Shown in pieces: positions 62,192-64,000 of a stretch of 64,000 nucleotides of DNA (position 1 is the stretch's first letter; every line of letters begins with the position of its first letter). The notes beneath the pieces were generated by a model. The model did no database searches. It was not told the origin of the DNA and was given only the letters and a program-made list of their open reading frames with translations. The stretch comes from an uncultured Phycisphaerales bacterium (GTDB taxonomy: Bacteria > Planctomycetota > Phycisphaerae > Tepidisphaerales > Tepidisphaeraceae): positions 211,784 to 275,783 of the forward strand of contig CAVWLP010000003.1 of the NCBI GenBank assembly GCA_963755915.1. The letters are read 5' to 3'. A program made the position numbers and the translations under genes.

Positions 62192-64000
62192 TTAAATCGA
62201 TGCCCTGCGGCGGCGGGCCGCAAGCGTCAAGAGCCCTAGGCGACCAGGCCCATCGAGGCGGGTTCGGGAACATAAGTCAACGTGAGTTCGTTGTTGGCCA
62301 GGCTGAAGGTCCAATTGTTCGCGTCGGTTGGTGACAAAGTTGGAGTCCCGGCTTCCGTGCCGTTCCAGCTCATTAGGATAAATTTGGAACCGAGCGTGAG
62401 GCTGTTGTCCTGAATGACATCCAGCAGGGAGCCGCTGGCGAAATTGACGTTGCCAGTTATGTCGATGGTGGAAAGCCCGGTTGAATTTATCTCGGCGGTC
62501 AAAGTCGAACGGGTGTTTTCCTGGTAGTTTCCGGTGATATCGATGCTTGAGTCACCGCCAACCACCTGGAAATTTCCAGTGCCGCCGGAACTGGCGCCCG
62601 TCCAGGTGTAGCCGAGCGTTAATCCGCCCTGATCGACGATGAGGGAACCGCCGGATATTTTATAGGTTCCGGTGCCGCTTCCGCTTTGGGCAAGACGGAG
62701 CCCAAGATTGGTGAGCGCGCTTTCGCCGGAATAGGTAATGGAATCGAGGGTGACCGTTCCCGCGGTTTGATTGAAAAGCGCGGTTCCACTTTCACCGACG
62801 GCCATGCAGCCGAAATTCATAGCGGCGGTTGAGCCGGTGAGATTCCATGTGGAAACGGCGTTCGTCGCCTGGCCGAGTTCAAATTCTTCCTGTCCCGCAA
62901 ACGAATTGCCGTATTGTTCGACGGTTCCACCGCTTTGGTTGCCGGTATAGGTACCGGCCGCCGCGCCGATGTAGAAGTTAATGCCCACGAACGTCCCACC
63001 GCTCATGTTGAACGTAAATTTTCCACCGGCGCCGTTTGTGCCCAATTGGAGCCCGTAGGTGCTGTCCATCTCCGGCGAAGAAGGCGTCCCCGACATATTC
63101 ACCACCGACGTCCCTGAGCCGGAATCGATCACCCGGAGATCGTCCGAATCGGTCGCCTCGATGTTAAAGGTGGCCGAATCCGCGGAGTTGGGAGCCAGAA
63201 TCACAATCGGCCCCAGGCCCGTCGAACCAAGATGCAGGGAACCGGTGTGAACGGTTATCGTGCCGGATGGCCACGCGCCGTTCGAATTCGTCCACGAGGC
63301 AACGTCGAGCGATGATCCGTTTTCAATAGTCAACTGGTCGTTTTGATTTCCGCTGTCGATCCTGGGGACGCTGAGCGCTCCGCCGTTGAGAATCAGCGAG
63401 CTCCCGCCGTCGAGGTGGAGCAGGCCGGTGACATTGAGCGCACCGCCGGAGCCGATTGTCAGCGTGGACGGTGTGCCACCCGTATTGGCGCCACCGGCGG
63501 CGGGGACTCCGACATCAAGCGTATCGACGTTAGCCGTGCTGGAAAGAATGACGGCGGCACTGGTCGCCGGTTCGATATAGATTCCCTGCCCCGCGGCCGG
63601 AAGGGCGCTCGAAGACCAATCCGCTGCGGTTTCCCATGTTCCATTTCCTCCCTGCCAGACGATGGGAACGAGCGGCACTGTGGGGTTCCAGCCGCTTAAC
63701 ACTTTCGTCGCAGACATAAATGGCGCCGCCTGCGTAGCGGTCAATTGATACGGCCAGATCGCGGTTGAACTCCAACTGCTCGCCGAAGTATTGATCGGGT
63801 TATCGCTGGAATTCACCAATCCATAGGTGGTGAGCCGTTCAGTTGTGTAGGTTGTTCCAGCTCCAAAGCTGCCCCATCCGGCGATGTTGTTGCTGGCCAG
63901 CGTGTCATCCACAAACGCCGACATACCGAACGCAGAATTCCATGAGCGAGCCAGTGTCGTTGAACCGGAAGAGAGTGAGTTCAGTGTATCGTTGTAGAAA
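62192..64000 (-). CDS. large secreted repeat protein with a PEP-CTERM tail; 5' end outside the window; 3' frame disruption near 62240
   Basis: The frame is open to the window edge. The ORF stops right after VPEPASMGLVA. The adjacent frame gives LGLLTLAARRRRASI and stops at 62192-62194, completing the sorting signal. Confidence 0.65.

Overview
This is a GC-rich bacterial chromosomal segment with about 55 genes. The gene content suggests a PVC-superphylum organism (Planctomycetota/Verrucomicrobiota-like): six PEP-CTERM proteins, two DUF1559-type prepilin-like proteins, TPR-glycosyltransferase fusions, an orphan RpoA alpha-CTD protein and dense REP-like palindromes. That taxonomic call is inference only.

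Layout:
- 1-14.8 kb: partial floA, a three-gene cassette of unknown function, a MerR-linked arsenic-type operon, a Cys-rich/PP-loop/BtuF-like operon, mnmG, membrane and glycosylation proteins, and tilS.
- 14.9-24.8 kb: two PEP-CTERM genes, convergent TPR-GT41 and TPR-GT9 genes, a SpoIID homologue, and a TPR protein with two alpha-CTD domains.
- 24.9-26.4 kb: an intact IS4-family insertion sequence with 18-bp inverted repeats and a 7-bp target duplication.
- 26.7-34.6 kb: a lipid kinase, kdsA, an orphan antitoxin-like gene, a fused PP2C phosphatase/Ser-Thr kinase, and an APC permease plus ammonium transporter.
- 34.6-37.3 kb: tRNA(CAU) followed by a lower-GC 2.5-kb remnant of an integrated replicon (truncated parA, rep-like gene with internal iterons), bracketed by a degenerate copy of the tRNA 3' end.
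- 37.3-60.8 kb: a decayed TPR-sulfotransferase and a sugar-utilisation locus (araFGH, a GH-D clan hydrolase, a DUF5107-TPR protein, XylR-like and LacI regulators, GH36, GH95).
- 53.9-64 kb: secreted discoidin and PEP-CTERM proteins.

Two features run across the whole window. About 25 frame disruptions sit in otherwise well-conserved genes, many at homopolymer or dinucleotide runs. Several families of palindromic interspersed repeats are present, and two copies are inserted in frame inside coding genes.

I found no rRNA, CRISPR array, reverse transcriptase or recognisable defence system. The most novel-looking items are the MerR/Cys-peptide/ArsC/aquaporin operon with a textbook 20-bp-spacer MerR promoter, the tRNA-linked replicon remnant, and the uncharacterised cassette at 1.4-2.6 kb.
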